Positions 1-10,990 of a stretch of 64,000 bases of DNA are shown in pieces. The notes below the pieces were generated by a model. The model was not told the DNA's origin. It was given only the letters and a program-made list of their open reading frames with translations, and ran no database searches. The position numbers and the translations under genes were made by a program. Source of the stretch: Mycobacteriales bacterium (lineage in GTDB: Bacteria; Actinomycetota; Actinomycetes; JAFAQI01). The DNA is taken from contig DASZTV010000025.1 of assembly GCA_035548125.1 (NCBI GenBank), positions 52,289-116,288 on the forward strand. The letters are read 5' to 3'. The first letter of the stretch is position 1. Every line of letters begins with the position of its first letter.

Positions 1-1283
1 TGCGCGGAGTTCTGGAAGGTGGAGTTCATCCCTGAGCCCGCGCCGCGATGTTTCGCAGGAAGGGCGTTCATGACCGCCGCGCGGTTCGGCGAGCCGAACG
101 ACGCCATGGCCATTCCCAGGGCGAACAGCAGGACCGCGAACACCGGATAAGAGAAGTCGATCGGCATCAGCTCGAGCAGCCCGAACCCGATCGCCGTACC
201 GATCATCCCGCCGGTCGCGAACGGGCGCGCGCCGAAACGGTCGGACAGGTAGCCCGACAACGGGCCCGCCACGAACAGCCCGGCGGTCAGTGGCAGCATC
301 GCCAGGCCTGCCTTGAGCGGCGTGTCCGTGAAGTCGACGCCGTGGCGTGGCAGCCAGATGCCCTGCAACCAGATGATCAGCGTGAACATCAGCCCGCCGC
401 GCGACAGGGCGGCGAGGAAGCTGGCGAAGACGCCTGCGGAGAACGCCCGGATCTTGAACAGCTGGAGGCGGAACATCGGTTCGGCGACCCGCACCTCGAT
501 CAGGCAGAACGCGACGAGCAACGCGATGCCGATCGCCAGCTCACTGATCACGGCTGGACTCCCCCAGCCCATGGAGTGGTTGCGGTAGGGCTCGATGCCG
601 TAGGTCAGGCCGATCATCACGAGCACCAGGCCCGCTGCGAACGTCAGGTTGCCCCAGATGTCCAGCGACGCGTGGTGGCGTTCGGAGAGCTCACGAAGCT
701 TGACGTAGCCCCAGACCGTCGCGAACAGGCCGATGGGGACGGACACCAGGAAGATCAGTCGCCAGTTGATCGGGGCGAGCACGCCGCCGAGCACCAACCC
801 GAGGAAGGTCCCGCCGAAGGCGACCGCCTGGTTGATCCCGAGCGCCATGCCTCGCTGGTTGGCCGGGAAGGCATCCGTGAGGATCGCGGAGGAGTTCGCG
901 ATCAGCATTGCCGCGCCGACGCCCTGGAACAGCCGCATGACGATCAGGTAGATCCCTGCGGCGTGGCCGGTGTTCCACGTGACGGTCAGCAACAGCGAGA
1001 ACAGGGTGAAGATGGCGAACCCGAGGTTGTAGATCCGCACCCGGCCGTAGATGTCGCCGATCCGGCCGAGGCTCACCACCAGCACGCTGGTGACGACCAT
1101 GAACCCCAGGATCATCCAGAGCAGGTAAAAGCTGTTGCCCGGCTCCAGCGGGTCGATGTGGATGCCGCGAAAGATGTCCGGCAGCGCGATCATCGTGATC
1201 GAGGCATCGATGGTCGCCATGAGCACGCCGAGCGTGCAGATGAACAGCGCCGTCCACTTGTATCGGTCCTCGGCGGCGCCCAC
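1..1283 (-). CDS. MFS transporter, DHA2 (EmrB/QacA-like) family, partial (C-terminus lies beyond window start)
   Basis: Absent from the ORF track because it runs off the window. The reverse frame from GTG at 1283 reads without stops to position 1: MGAAEDRYKWTALFICTLGVLMATIDASITMIALPDIF...ALPAKHRGAGSGMNSTFQNSA. This is a typical multi-TM drug-efflux MFS N-terminus with high GC3. Confidence 0.8.
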   Translation of the reverse strand, partial: MGAAEDRYKWTALFICTLGVLMATIDASITMIALPDIFRGIHIDPLEPGNSFYLLWMILGFMVVTSVLVVSLGRIGDIYGRVRIYNLGFAIFTLFSLLLTVTWNTGHAAGIYLIVMRLFQGVGAAMLIANSSAILTDAFPANQRGMALGINQAVAFGGTFLGLVLGGVLAPINWRLIFLVSVPIGLFATVWGYVKLRELSERHHASLDIWGNLTFAAGLVLVMIGLTYGIEPYRNHSMGWGSPAVISELAIGIALLVAFCLIEVRVAEPMFRLQLFKIRAFSAGVFASFLAALSRGGLMFTLIIWLQGIWLPRHGVDFTDTPLKAGLAMLPLTAGLFVAGPLSGYLSDRFGARPFATGGMIGTAIGFGLLELMPIDFSYPVFAVLLFALGMAMASFGSPNRAAVMNALPAKHRGAGSGMNSTFQNSA

Positions 1284-1304
1284 CAGCCCACATTACTTGC
1301 GGGG

Positions 1305-1318
1305 CGAAACTAGTTTCG
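1305..1318. promoter_or_regulatory. Perfect AT-rich 14-bp palindrome CGAAACTAGTTTCG, candidate operator upstream of the MFS gene
   Basis: Read directly from the sequence, 22 nt upstream of the GTG start at 1283, in the 53-bp gap between the MFS start and the ferritin-like stop. It is AT-rich in a 70% GC context. No regulator gene is visible in the window. Confidence 0.3.
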
Positions 1319-1336
1319 GCGCGGCGCGCCCGATCT

Positions 1337-1867
1337 TCAGCCGACCTTGTCGAGGAACCCGATCAGGTCGTCGGCGTGCTCCTCCTCGACGGACAGGATG
1401 TCCTCGAACAGCCGGCGCGTGGTCGGGTCGGTCGTCCCGAGCCAGCCGATGATCTCGGTGTACGACGCGATCGCGATCCGCTCCGCGACCAGGTTCTCCC
1501 GGATCATCGTCTCCAGGCTGTCGGCGGTCTCGTACTCGGAGTGCGACCGGGCCGTCAGCGTCTCCGGGTTGAAGTCGGGCTTGCCGCCGAGCTGGGCGAT
1601 CCGCGCCGCCAGCCGGTCGGCGTGCTCCTGCTCCTCGTTGGCGTGGACCAGGAACTCGGCCGCCACCGGCTCGGCATCCAGGCCGGTGGCGACGAAGTGG
1701 TGCTGCCGGTAACGCAGCGCGCACACGGTCTCGGTGGCGAGCGCGGCGTTGAGCACCTCGATCACCCGATCGACGTCGGCCCGGTACGCCGCGGTGACCG
1801 GGCCCTTCTCCATCTCGTCACGGGCCTGCTTGCGCAGGGTCTCGACGTCAGTCAGGAAGTCAGCCAT
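1337..1867 (-). CDS. Ferritin-like / bacterioferritin-family protein
   Basis: 176-aa ORF with a four-helix ferritin-like pattern and paired E..H metal motifs (NEEQEHADRL, VEEEHADDL). High GC3. Confidence 0.65.
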   Translation of the reverse strand: MADFLTDVETLRKQARDEMEKGPVTAAYRADVDRVIEVLNAALATETVCALRYRQHHFVATGLDAEPVAAEFLVHANEEQEHADRLAARIAQLGGKPDFNPETLTARSHSEYETADSLETMIRENLVAERIAIASYTEIIGWLGTTDPTTRRLFEDILSVEEEHADDLIGFLDKVG

Positions 1868-1915
1868 ATCGCCGACCTACCCGCCAAGTGATCAGTTCTC
1901 ACCCGATCAGCGACT

Positions 1916-2893
1916 TCAGACGAACTGGCTGACCGCCACCGCTGCGAACAGCAGCGCCAGATAGCTGATCGACGCGTGGAACAGCACGAGCGGCTTGGCG
2001 GGCTCCCCCCGCTGCGCCCGACGGTGCAGCCGGTGCGCCTCGAGCAGGAAGCCGGCACCGAGCACGCCGGCCGCGACCGTGTAGACGATGCCGGCGCCGA
2101 ACGGGACCAGCAGCAGCGAGGCACCGACCATGGCCCATGAGTAGAAGACAATCTGGCGGGTCACCGAGATCTCAGGTGCGACGACCGGCAGCATGGGGAC
2201 GCCGGCGGCCGCGTAGTCGTCCTTGAACCGCATCGCCAGTGACCAGAAGTGCGGCGGGGTCCACAGGAAGATCACCGCGAACAGCACCACGGCGGGCCAG
2301 CCCACGTCGCCGCGCACCGCGGACCAGCCGATCAGCACCGGGAAGCAGCCCGCAGCACCGCCGATGACGATGTTCGACGGCGTACGTCGCTTGAGGCCGA
2401 GCGTGTAGACGAAGACGTAGAACGCGATCGCGCCGTCTGCCAGCAGCGCCGAGAGCCAGTTCGCGCCCAGCCCGAGCAGCAGCGTGGCGGCCGCGCCGAG
2501 AGCGATGCCGAACCGGAGCGCATTGGCCGGGGACACCTGCTGCTTGGCCAGCGGGCGCCGCTTGGTGCGGCTCATGACCGCGTCGATGTCCCGATCGGCC
2601 ACGCAGTTGAGCGCGTTTGCGCTGCCGGCCGCCAGGGTGCCGCCGACGAGGGTGGCGCAGGCGGTCCACAGCGACGGCAGCCCCTTGGCCGCCAGCACCA
2701 TGGCCGGCAGCGTGGTGACGAGCAGCAGCTCGATGATCCGGGGCTTGGTCAGCGCGACGTAACTGCTGACCCGTTGGCGCACGGACGAATCGTATCGGGC
2801 GGCATGGGAAGAACTCTCACCGACTCGTCTCATGCCGTGAGCACTCCCGCGATCAAGGGAGGAGACAACCTCACTACGCTCGGGATTGATCAC
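1916..2893 (-). CDS. ctaB: Heme o synthase (protoheme IX farnesyltransferase)
   Basis: [17 protein letters not shown], UbiA-type motif NCVADRDID, many TM segments. It is divergent from tkt as in other actinobacteria. Start is uncertain; ATG at 2833 would leave a more realistic divergent promoter region. Confidence 0.9.
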   Translation of the reverse strand: MINPERSEVVSSLDRGSAHGMRRVGESSSHAARYDSSVRQRVSSYVALTKPRIIELLLVTTLPAMVLAAKGLPSLWTACATLVGGTLAAGSANALNCVADRDIDAVMSRTKRRPLAKQQVSPANALRFGIALGAAATLLLGLGANWLSALLADGAIAFYVFVYTLGLKRRTPSNIVIGGAAGCFPVLIGWSAVRGDVGWPAVVLFAVIFLWTPPHFWSLAMRFKDDYAAAGVPMLPVVAPEISVTRQIVFYSWAMVGASLLLVPFGAGIVYTVAAGVLGAGFLLEAHRLHRRAQRGEPAKPLVLFHASISYLALLFAAVAVSQFV

Positions 2894-2913
2894 TACCGAC
2901 GGGAGATGCGCAC

Positions 2914-4995
2914 GTGGGTGCAGCGGGGCAGCCGCTCGAATGGACCGAGACCGACGACCTGGCGGTGAAGGTGGTCCGGGCCCTCGCCATGGATGCCGTC
3001 CAAGCAGCCGGCAACGGGCATCCCGGCACTGCGATGAGCCTCGCGCCGGCGGCGTACCTGCTGTTCCAGCGCCTGATGCGGCACGACCCGACGGATCCCG
3101 GGTGGATCGGCCGCGACCGGTTCGTGCTCAGCTGCGGTCACTCCAGCCTGACCCTTTACATCCAGCTGTTCCTGGCCGGCTACGGGCTCACGATCGAAGA
3201 CCTCAAGCTCCTCCGTCAGTGGGGCTCGCTCACCCCGGGGCACCCGGAGCACGGTCACACCGCCGGCGTCGAGACCACCACCGGCCCGCTCGGCCAAGGC
3301 GTCGCCAACGCGGTGGGCATGGCGATGGCCGCCCGGTACGAACGGGGCCTGTTCGACCCGGACGCCAAGCCCGGCAAGAGCCCGTTCGACCACCTGATCT
3401 GGTGCTTCGCCTCCGACGGCGACATCGAAGAGGGAATCTCCGGCGAGGCAAGCTCGATCGCGGGCCACCAGCAGCTCGGCAACCTCGTCCTGCTGTACGA
3501 CGACAACCACATCTCGATCGAGGGTGACACGAAGGTCGCGCTCTCCGAGGACGTGGCGGCGCGCTACGCCGCCTACGGCTGGCACACCCTCCACATCTCC
3601 GACGTCAACGACGTCCAGGCCGTCTACGACGCGTTCGAGGCGGCGCGCGCCGAGACCGCACGCCCCACGCTGATCTCGGTCCGCTCGATCATCGGCTGGC
3701 CCGCTCCCACGCTGCAGAACACGGGCAAGGCCCACGGCGCCGCACTCGGTGCCGAGGAGGTCGCCGCGACGAAGAAGATCCTCGGCTTCGACCCGGCAGT
3801 GTCGTTCCACTGCCCGGACGAGGTCCTGGCACGCACCCGCCAGGTGGTCGACCGCGGCCGTGAGGCTCACGCGGCGTGGCAGCAGGACTTCGACGCATGG
3901 GCCGCGGCGAACCCCGAGCGCGCGGCGGAGCTGCAGCGGATCAGCGAACGCCGGACACCCGCCGGATGGGACGCCAAACTGCCGGACTTCGCCGGCGAGA
4001 CGTCGATCTCGACCCGCAAGGCCAGCGGAGCCGTCATCAACGCTCTCGCGTCGGTGATGCCCGAGCTGTGGGGTGGCTCCGCCGACCTCGCCGAGAGCAA
4101 CAACACCGAGATCGAGGGCGCCGACTCCTTCCTGCCGGAATCACACGGCGGCTCGCCGTACGGCCGGATCCTTCACTTCGGGATCCGTGAGCACGCCATG
4201 GGCGCGATCATGAACGGCATCACGCTGCACGGCGGCACGCGCGTGTTCGGTGGCACCTTCCTGACGTTCTCCGACTACATGCGCGGATCGGTGCGCCTCG
4301 CGGCCCTGATGAAGCTGCCGGTGACCTACATCTGGACACACGACTCGATCGGGTTGGGTGAGGACGGCCCGACGCACCAGCCGATCGAGCACCTCGCCGC
4401 GCTGCGCGCGATCCCCGGCCTCGACGTGGTGCGGCCCGCGGACGCCACCGAGACGACCGTCGCATGGCGGACGATCATCGAGCACATCGACCGCCCGGCC
4501 GGGCTGATCCTGTCCCGGCAGAACCTGCCGGTGCTCGACCGTTCCGCCCTCGCTTCCGCCGAAGGCGCGGCCCGCGGCGGCTACGTCCTCGCCGAGGCCT
4601 CCAGCGGGACCGCCGAGGTGATCATCATCGCGACGGGAAGCGAGGTGCAGATCGCGCTCGCCGCACGCGACCAGCTCGAGGCCGACGGAACCCCGGTCCG
4701 GGTCGTGTCGATGCCCTGCCGCGAGTGGTTCGAGGCGCAGGACCTCGCCTACCAGCAGGAGGTCCTGCCACCGCGGATCAAGGCGCGGGTCTCGGTCGAG
4801 GCAGCCGTTGCGCTGGGCTGGCGGGACTTCGTGGGCGACCACGGGGAATGCGTCTCGATCGAGCATTTCGGTGCCAGCGCGCCGTACCAGATCCTGTTCG
4901 AGCAGTTCGGATTCACCGCGGATCGGGTGGTGGCCGCCGCGCACGCAAGCCTGTCGAAGGTGGGCGCCACCAAGGGCTCTACGACGGGGAACTAG
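2914..4995 (+). CDS. tkt: Transketolase
   Basis: 693 aa with [13 protein letters not shown] and [23 protein letters not shown] motifs. First gene of the PPP operon. Confidence 0.97.
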   Translation: MGAAGQPLEWTETDDLAVKVVRALAMDAVQAAGNGHPGTAMSLAPAAYLLFQRLMRHDPTDPGWIGRDRFVLSCGHSSLTLYIQLFLAGYGLTIEDLKLLRQWGSLTPGHPEHGHTAGVETTTGPLGQGVANAVGMAMAARYERGLFDPDAKPGKSPFDHLIWCFASDGDIEEGISGEASSIAGHQQLGNLVLLYDDNHISIEGDTKVALSEDVAARYAAYGWHTLHISDVNDVQAVYDAFEAARAETARPTLISVRSIIGWPAPTLQNTGKAHGAALGAEEVAATKKILGFDPAVSFHCPDEVLARTRQVVDRGREAHAAWQQDFDAWAAANPERAAELQRISERRTPAGWDAKLPDFAGETSISTRKASGAVINALASVMPELWGGSADLAESNNTEIEGADSFLPESHGGSPYGRILHFGIREHAMGAIMNGITLHGGTRVFGGTFLTFSDYMRGSVRLAALMKLPVTYIWTHDSIGLGEDGPTHQPIEHLAALRAIPGLDVVRPADATETTVAWRTIIEHIDRPAGLILSRQNLPVLDRSALASAEGAARGGYVLAEASSGTAEVIIIATGSEVQIALAARDQLEADGTPVRVVSMPCREWFEAQDLAYQQEVLPPRIKARVSVEAAVALGWRDFVGDHGECVSIEHFGASAPYQILFEQFGFTADRVVAAAHASLSKVGATKGSTTGN

Positions 4996-5015
4996 GCAAG
5001 ACGAGGGAGAGAACC

Positions 5016-6131
5016 ATGACCGACCCGCTCAAGCAGCTCTCCGACGCAGGCGTCGCGATCTGGCTCGACGACCTGTCGCGTGAACGGCTGGTCGGCGGCG
5101 GCCTGGCCGCCCTCGTTCGTGACAGCCACGTCGTCGGCATCACGACCAACCCGACCATCTTCCAGAAGGCGATCAGCGGCAGCGAGATCTACGACGACCA
5201 GTTCCGTGACCTCGCCGTCCGCGGCGTCGGGGTGGACGAGTCGCTGCGCATGGTGACGGCATTCGACGTGCGGGAGGCGTGCGACGTGCTGCGTCCGGCC
5301 TACGACGCCAGCGACGGCGTCGACGGCCGCGTTTCGATCGAGGTCGGACCGGCGATCGCCAACAACACCGAGGCGACGATCGCGGAGGCGCGCGCACTGT
5401 GGTGGCTGGTCGACCGGCCGAACCTCTTCATCAAGATTCCGGCGACCAAAGCGGGCATCCCGGCGATCGCCCAGATGCTCAGCGAGGGCATCAGCATCAA
5501 CGTCACGCTGATCTTCTCGCTCGAACGCTACGGCGAGGTGATCGACGCCTTCCTCGACGGGGTCGAGCGCGCCCGGGTCGCGGGCCACGACCTGACGAAG
5601 CTCGGATCGGTCGCATCGTTCTTCGTCTCACGCGTCGATTCCGAGGTTGACGCGCGACTGGACAAGATCGGTAGCGACGCCGCTAAGGCACTCCGGGGGA
5701 AGGCCGCCGTCGCGAACGCCCGACTCGCCTACGAGCTCTACGAGCAGAAGCTGTCCGGGCCGAGGTGGGAGGCCCTCGTCGCCGCGGGCGCGAAGCCGCA
5801 GCGTCCGCTGTGGGCATCGACCTCGACCAAGGACCCGGCGTACGACGACACGATGTACGTCGTCGACCTGGTCGCGCCCGGCACCGTCAACACGATGCCG
5901 GAGCCGACGATTCGCGCCGTCGCCGACCACGGCCGGATCACGGGCGACACCATCCGGCCCAACTATGCGGACGCCCACGAGGTGCTCAACGCCCTCGCGG
6001 AGATCGGCATCGACTACGACGACGTGGTCCGAGTGCTCGAGGAAGAGGGCGTCGAGAAGTTCGTCGCCTCCTGGAACGAGCTCGTCGAGTCGACGAAGAA
6101 AGAGCTCGAGCAGCTCGCCCCCGCCAAGTGA
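5016..6131 (+). CDS. tal: Transaldolase
   Basis: ATG at 5016 preceded by [33 protein letters not shown]..., with the FIKIPAT active-site Lys region. The upstream part of track ORF 4464..6131 is an artefact overlapping tkt. Confidence 0.95.
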   Translation: MTDPLKQLSDAGVAIWLDDLSRERLVGGGLAALVRDSHVVGITTNPTIFQKAISGSEIYDDQFRDLAVRGVGVDESLRMVTAFDVREACDVLRPAYDASDGVDGRVSIEVGPAIANNTEATIAEARALWWLVDRPNLFIKIPATKAGIPAIAQMLSEGISINVTLIFSLERYGEVIDAFLDGVERARVAGHDLTKLGSVASFFVSRVDSEVDARLDKIGSDAAKALRGKAAVANARLAYELYEQKLSGPRWEALVAAGAKPQRPLWASTSTKDPAYDDTMYVVDLVAPGTVNTMPEPTIRAVADHGRITGDTIRPNYADAHEVLNALAEIGIDYDDVVRVLEEEGVEKFVASWNELVESTKKELEQLAPAK

Positions 6132-7744
6132 TGGACTCCGACAGAATCGACGCGGGGGGCATCACGCTGCGATTCGCGGGTGGGGAGCTGATCGCCGCCC
6201 GCGATCGAGCGATCGCGGACAACAAGGGGATTGCGGCCCGGATCGCGGCCAAGGACGCCGGGCTGTGGGGCCCCGAAGCCGCCGCGGAGGCGAAGGTCCG
6301 GCTCGGCTGGCTCGACTGTGTGACCGTCTCCCGCCCGCTGGTCGCGGAGATCGAGCAGCTGCGGGCCACGTTGCGCAGCGAAGGCGTCGACCATGTCGTC
6401 CTGTGCGGCATGGGCGGCTCGTCGCTCGCCCCTGAGGTGATCACGGCGACCTACGGCGCCGAGCTCACCACCTTGGACACGACCGACCCAGGCCAGGTCG
6501 GAACGGCGCTGGCCGACCGGATCGAGCGCACCGTCGTGGTGGTGTCGAGCAAGAGCGGCGGGACCCTGGAGACCGACAGCCACCGGCGGGCCTACGAGCA
6601 GGCGTTCCGGGACGCCGGGATCGATCCGGTGGGGCGGATCGTCGTCGTCACCGACCCCGGCTCGCCGCTGCAGCGGCTCGCGGCGGAAGCGGGTTACCGG
6701 GTGTTCGAGGCGGATCCGAACATCGGCGGCCGCTACAGCGCGCTCAGCGCCTTCGGCCTGGTGCCGAGCGGCCTTGCCGGCGTACCGGTCGGCGAGCTCC
6801 TGGACGCCGCGGAAGCAGTCGCCAAGACGCTTGCCGGCGATTACGGCAACGCTGCGGTTGCGCTGGGCGCGGCGCTCGGCGAGTACGGCGTCGACGGCCA
6901 CGACAAGGTCGTCATCGCCGACGCCGGCTCCGGCATCGTCGGCTTCGGGGACTGGGCCGAGCAGCTGCTCGCCGAGTCGACCGGGAAGAACGGCCGCGGC
7001 CTGCTGCCGGTCGTCGTCCAGAGTCCGCAGTCCCCCGGTTTCGACTCGCTGCCGGACACCCACCTGGTGACGATCGGGGCCACAGCACCCGAACAGGGGA
7101 CGGCAGTCGAGGGATCGCTCGGCGCGCAGTTCCTCGCGTGGGAGTTCGCGACCGCGGTAGCGGGTCTGCTGCTCGGCATCGACCCGTTCAACCAGCCCAA
7201 CGTCCAAGAGTCGAAGGACAACACCAAGGCCGTTCTGGAGCACGCCGGCGAGGGCCCGCTGCCCACCGGAGAGCCGCTGTTCAGCGACGGTCCGATCGAG
7301 GTCTACGGCGAGGCGGCCGACGTCGGTGGCGCTACCGACCTCGCCGGGGTGATCGACGCGCTGCTCCACGCCGTACCGGGGCACGGATATCTGGCCGTCA
7401 TGGCGTACCTCGACCGCCTGGGTGACAGCGCCGCCGCCGAGGTGCGCGACCTGCTCGCCGCGCGAATCCCCCACCCGGTGACGTTCGGGTGGGGACCGCG
7501 GTTCCTGCACTCCACGGGACAGTTCCACAAGGGCGGGCCACCGGTCGGAGTGTTCCTCCAGATCACCGGCGCGACCGACGCCGATGTGGCGATCCCGGGT
7601 CAGCCCTTCGGCTTCGCCCGGCTCCAGCTCGCGCAGGCACTCGGCGACATCCAGGCGCTCCGCGCGCGATCGCGGCCCGCCGTACGCCTGCACCTCACCG
7701 ATCGCGCGGCGGGAATCGCGGCGCTGCTGAAGGCGGCGCGTTGA
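6131..7744 (+). CDS. pgi: Glucose-6-phosphate isomerase
   Basis: ATG at 6131 overlaps the tal stop (TGATG). SIS-domain motif VVVVSSKSGGTLET. About 537 aa. Confidence 0.9.
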   Translation: MDSDRIDAGGITLRFAGGELIAARDRAIADNKGIAARIAAKDAGLWGPEAAAEAKVRLGWLDCVTVSRPLVAEIEQLRATLRSEGVDHVVLCGMGGSSLAPEVITATYGAELTTLDTTDPGQVGTALADRIERTVVVVSSKSGGTLETDSHRRAYEQAFRDAGIDPVGRIVVVTDPGSPLQRLAAEAGYRVFEADPNIGGRYSALSAFGLVPSGLAGVPVGELLDAAEAVAKTLAGDYGNAAVALGAALGEYGVDGHDKVVIADAGSGIVGFGDWAEQLLAESTGKNGRGLLPVVVQSPQSPGFDSLPDTHLVTIGATAPEQGTAVEGSLGAQFLAWEFATAVAGLLLGIDPFNQPNVQESKDNTKAVLEHAGEGPLPTGEPLFSDGPIEVYGEAADVGGATDLAGVIDALLHAVPGHGYLAVMAYLDRLGDSAAAEVRDLLAARIPHPVTFGWGPRFLHSTGQFHKGGPPVGVFLQITGATDADVAIPGQPFGFARLQLAQALGDIQALRARSRPAVRLHLTDRAAGIAALLKAAR

Positions 7745-9276
7745 TACCTCCCGGCAGCGCGGGAAACCTGCTGCGCGATCCGCGCGACCGACGCCTACCG
7801 CGGGTCCCAGGTCCGTGCGCGATCGTCGTGTTCGGCGTGACCGGCGACCTGTCGCGCAAGAAGCTGATCCCTGCCATCTACGACCTCTCCAACCGCGGCT
7901 TGCTCCCGCCGGGATTTGCCTTGCTCGGATTCGCGAGGCGCGACTGGGACGTCGGCGACTTCGAGTCGCTCGCCAAGCAGGCGGCGCAGGAGCACGCGCG
8001 GACCGAGTTCCGCGAGGACGTCTGGCGGCGGGTCGCCTCCTCGCTGCAGTTCCTGCCCGGCTCCTTCGACGACGACGCCGCGTTCGACAACCTTGCGCAG
8101 ACGCTGATCGACCTCGAGGCCAGCCACGGCATCCACGGCAACGCCGCGTTCTACCTGTCGATCCCGCCGGCTGCCTTCCCGGTGGTGCTCAAGCAGATGC
8201 AGCGCACCGGCATGGCCGACAACGAGAAGTCCGGCGGCTGGCGGAGGGTCGTCGTCGAGAAGCCGTTCGGCCACGACCTCGCCTCCGCGCGCGAGCTCAA
8301 TGACCTCGTCGACGACGTGTTCTCCCCCGGCGACGTGTTCCGCATCGACCACTACCTGGGCAAGGAGACGGTGCAGAACATGTTGGCGTTGCGGTTCGCC
8401 AACACGCTGTTCGAGCCGATCTGGAACTCCAACTACGTCGACTCCATCCAGATCACGATGGCCGAGGACGTCGGCATCGGCAGCCGCGCCGGCTTCTACG
8501 ACACCGCAGGCGCAGCTCGCGACGTCCTGCAGAACCACCTGCTGCAACTGCTCGCGCTGACCGCGATGGAGGAGCCGGTCTCCTTCGACGCCGAGGCGAT
8601 CCGGATCGAGAAACTGAAGGTGCTCAACGCGATCTCGCTTCCCGAGGACCTCGGCCGCTACGCCATCCGCGGGCAGTACGACCAAGGCTGGCTGGCCGGT
8701 CAGCGGGTTCCGTCCTACCTCGACGAGGAGAACGTTCCGAAGGACTCCAGGACGGAGACCTACGCGGCGGTTCGGCTCGGGGTCGAGACCCGTCGATGGG
8801 GCGGCGTGCCGTTCTATCTCCGCACCGGGAAGCGGCTTCCTCGGCGCGTCACCGAGATCGCCGTCATCTTCAAGGCCGCGCCGCACCTGCCGTTCGACGC
8901 CACCGACACCACGGAGCTCGGCCACAACCAGCTCGTCGTCCGCGTACAGCCCGACGAAGGCGTGACCCTGCGCTTCGGCTCGAAGGTCCCGGGGTCGGCG
9001 ATGGAGGTACGTGACGTGTCGATGGACTTCCTGTACGGCGAGGCCTTCACCGAGTCTTCCCCGGAGGCCTACGAGCGGCTGATCCTCGACGTGCTGCTCG
9101 GCGACGCCACGTTGTTCCCCCGCAACGAGGAAGTCGACGCGTCGTGGCGGGTGATCGACCGGCTCGAAGAGTTCTGGTCGGGGACGTCACCGGAGAAGTA
9201 CCGCGCGGGCGAGTGGGGACCTCGCGGGGCCGACGAGATGCTCGCCGCGGACGGCCGGACCTGGCGGCGCCCATGA
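7741..9276 (+). CDS. zwf: Glucose-6-phosphate dehydrogenase
   Basis: TTG at 7741 overlaps the pgi stop (TTGA). NLLRDPRDRRLPRVPGPCAIVVFGVTGDLSRKKL aligns with mycobacterial Zwf2 N-termini. RIDHYLGKE active-site motif. Confidence 0.95.
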   Translation: MIPPGSAGNLLRDPRDRRLPRVPGPCAIVVFGVTGDLSRKKLIPAIYDLSNRGLLPPGFALLGFARRDWDVGDFESLAKQAAQEHARTEFREDVWRRVASSLQFLPGSFDDDAAFDNLAQTLIDLEASHGIHGNAAFYLSIPPAAFPVVLKQMQRTGMADNEKSGGWRRVVVEKPFGHDLASARELNDLVDDVFSPGDVFRIDHYLGKETVQNMLALRFANTLFEPIWNSNYVDSIQITMAEDVGIGSRAGFYDTAGAARDVLQNHLLQLLALTAMEEPVSFDAEAIRIEKLKVLNAISLPEDLGRYAIRGQYDQGWLAGQRVPSYLDEENVPKDSRTETYAAVRLGVETRRWGGVPFYLRTGKRLPRRVTEIAVIFKAAPHLPFDATDTTELGHNQLVVRVQPDEGVTLRFGSKVPGSAMEVRDVSMDFLYGEAFTESSPEAYERLILDVLLGDATLFPRNEEVDASWRVIDRLEEFWSGTSPEKYRAGEWGPRGADEMLAADGRTWRRP

Positions 9277-10250
9277 CCACCACCCTGTGGGACACCACCG
9301 GTACCGACGTCGTCAAGGCGCTCCTCGCCGAGCGGCGCGCCGCCGGCGCGCTCGCCTCCGGCCTCGCCTTGACCCTTGTCGTCGTGGTCGACGAGAAGCG
9401 CGTCCAGGAGGCGGAGCAGGCGGCGACGGTCGCCGCCGCTGCCCATCCCTGCCGGCTGATCGTGGTGGTCCGGCACTCGATCAACGCGGACATCCGGCTC
9501 GACGCGGAGGTGCAGATCGGCGGGCGGCTCGGTTCCACCGAGGCGGTCGTGATGCGCATGTACGGCCGGCTCGCGCTGCACGCCGAGTCCGTCGTCCTCC
9601 CGCTTCTGGCCCCCGACGCACCGGTGGTCACGTGGTGGCACGGCGCGCCACCGGCGGAGATCGCGACCGACGCGCTCGGCGTCCTCGCCAACCGGCGGGT
9701 GACCGACTGCGCACAAGCGGCGGACCCGCTCGCGGCGCTGAACACCCGGGCGCAGGACTTCGTCCTCGGCGACACGGACCTGTCGTGGACTCGGTGCACC
9801 GCGTGGCGGTCGTTGTTGGCGTCCGCACTCGACGGTGTCGAGGGCGAGCCCGTGTCGGCGTCGGTGTCCGCCGAAGCCGGCAACCCGAGCGCCGCGCTGC
9901 TCACCGGCTGGCTCAGCTCCCGGCTCCGCCTCGCGACGAGCTCCGAGACGAGCCATGGCCCCGGCATCACCGCGGTCGAGATCGTGATGCGCCGCCCTGA
10001 CGGCAGCGACTGCGCGATCAAGATCGACCGGCCCGACGGGACATCGGCAACCTTGCGCCGCGGCGACGAAGAGCCTCGCCAGCTGCCCCTCCCGCGGCGT
10101 GCTCCGGGTGACCTGCTCGCCGAAGAGCTGCGCCGGATGGATCCGGACGCGGTCTACGCGGAGTCGCTCACCAGCTGCACCGACGTCGCGCTGGACAACA
10201 CGCCTCGTAGCCGCATCCTGGTCTGGCGCGATCCGGCACTCGCCGAGTGA
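9273..10250 (+). CDS. opcA: Glucose-6-phosphate dehydrogenase assembly protein OpcA
   Basis: ATGA overlap with zwf. MTTTLWDTTGTDVVKALL...LTLVVVVD is typical of OpcA. Position is conserved between zwf and pgl. Confidence 0.9.
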   Translation: MTTTLWDTTGTDVVKALLAERRAAGALASGLALTLVVVVDEKRVQEAEQAATVAAAAHPCRLIVVVRHSINADIRLDAEVQIGGRLGSTEAVVMRMYGRLALHAESVVLPLLAPDAPVVTWWHGAPPAEIATDALGVLANRRVTDCAQAADPLAALNTRAQDFVLGDTDLSWTRCTAWRSLLASALDGVEGEPVSASVSAEAGNPSAALLTGWLSSRLRLATSSETSHGPGITAVEIVMRRPDGSDCAIKIDRPDGTSATLRRGDEEPRQLPLPRRAPGDLLAEELRRMDPDAVYAESLTSCTDVALDNTPRSRILVWRDPALAE

Positions 10251-10972
10251 CGGACCTGACCTCGCTCGTCGTCACTCACCGTGACGCCGACGTCCTGGCG
10301 CAGGCGGTCGCCGCCCGGGCGATCACCGCGATCACGGACGCCCAGGCGGCGCGCGGCAGCGCCTCGATAGTGCTGACAGGGGGCGGCATCGGAGGCGCCA
10401 CACTGCGCGCCGTCGCCGCCTCGGCGCTTCGCGACACCGTCGACTGGGGCCGCCTGGACGTCTGGTGGGGCGACGAGCGGTTCCTGCCCGCCGGGCACCC
10501 GGAACGCAACGAGACCCAGGCCCGTGACGCGCTGCTCGACCACGTGCCGGTAGATCCGGTCCGGGTCCACCCCATGGCGGCCAGCGACGGTCCGGCCGGT
10601 GCGGACCTCGAGGCCGCGGCCGGCCGGTACGTCGACGCGCTCGCAGCGGCCGGCGATCCGGCCTTCGACGTGCTGCTGCTGGGCGTCGGTCCCGACGGCC
10701 ATGTCGCGTCGTTGTTCCCCGGCCTACCGGGCTTGGCGGACGAGCGACCCGCCCTCCCGGTGCGCAACTCCCCCAAGCCGCCACCAGAGCGCATCTCGCT
10801 GGGCCTCAGCGCCATCAACCGTGCCAGGGAGGTCTGGCTCGTGGCCGCCGGCGAGGAGAAGGCCGCCGCGGTCGCGTCCGCCCTGAACGGCGGAAGCGAA
10901 CCCGCGGCCCGCGTAGCCGGCAAGGAAGCCACCAGGTGGCTCCTGGACCAAGCGGCCGCCGCCGCCCTCTAG
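10247..10972 (+). CDS. pgl: 6-phosphogluconolactonase
   Basis: GTGA overlap with opcA. IVLTGGGIG and LLLGVGPDGHVASLFPG motifs. Confidence 0.93.
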   Translation: MTDLTSLVVTHRDADVLAQAVAARAITAITDAQAARGSASIVLTGGGIGGATLRAVAASALRDTVDWGRLDVWWGDERFLPAGHPERNETQARDALLDHVPVDPVRVHPMAASDGPAGADLEAAAGRYVDALAAAGDPAFDVLLLGVGPDGHVASLFPGLPGLADERPALPVRNSPKPPPERISLGLSAINRAREVWLVAAGEEKAAAVASALNGGSEPAARVAGKEATRWLLDQAAAAAL

Positions 10973-10990
10973 GCCCTCGCAGGGAGCGAG

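Noticed and set aside
48-1313. 421-aa plus-strand ORF covering the left end of the window
   Set aside because: The translation is low-complexity and Arg/Glu/Asp/His-rich with no motifs. It lies antisense to a clean MFS transporter frame, so it is a typical high-GC antisense artefact.
4464-5015. N-terminal extensions of track ORFs (for example 4464..6131, 5765..7744, 7489..9276, 18246..19982, 26264..28345, 44130..45212, 46721..47893)
   Set aside because: Each extension overlaps the preceding, well-supported gene and is compositionally junk. The real starts sit at stop/start junctions, often as ATGA, GTGA or TTGA overlaps.
6014-8925. Long minus-strand ORFs (6014..7693 at 559 aa; 7795..8925 at 376 aa) opposite pgi and zwf
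   Set aside because: They are antisense to genes with unmistakable motifs, and their translations are Arg/Gly/Asp-rich junk. The lack of stop codons is expected at this GC content.
10973-10990. Short CTCGC-N5-GCGAG inverted repeat between the convergent pgl and secG genes as a bidirectional terminator
   Set aside because: It has only a 5-bp stem in an 18-nt gap, which is too weak to call.
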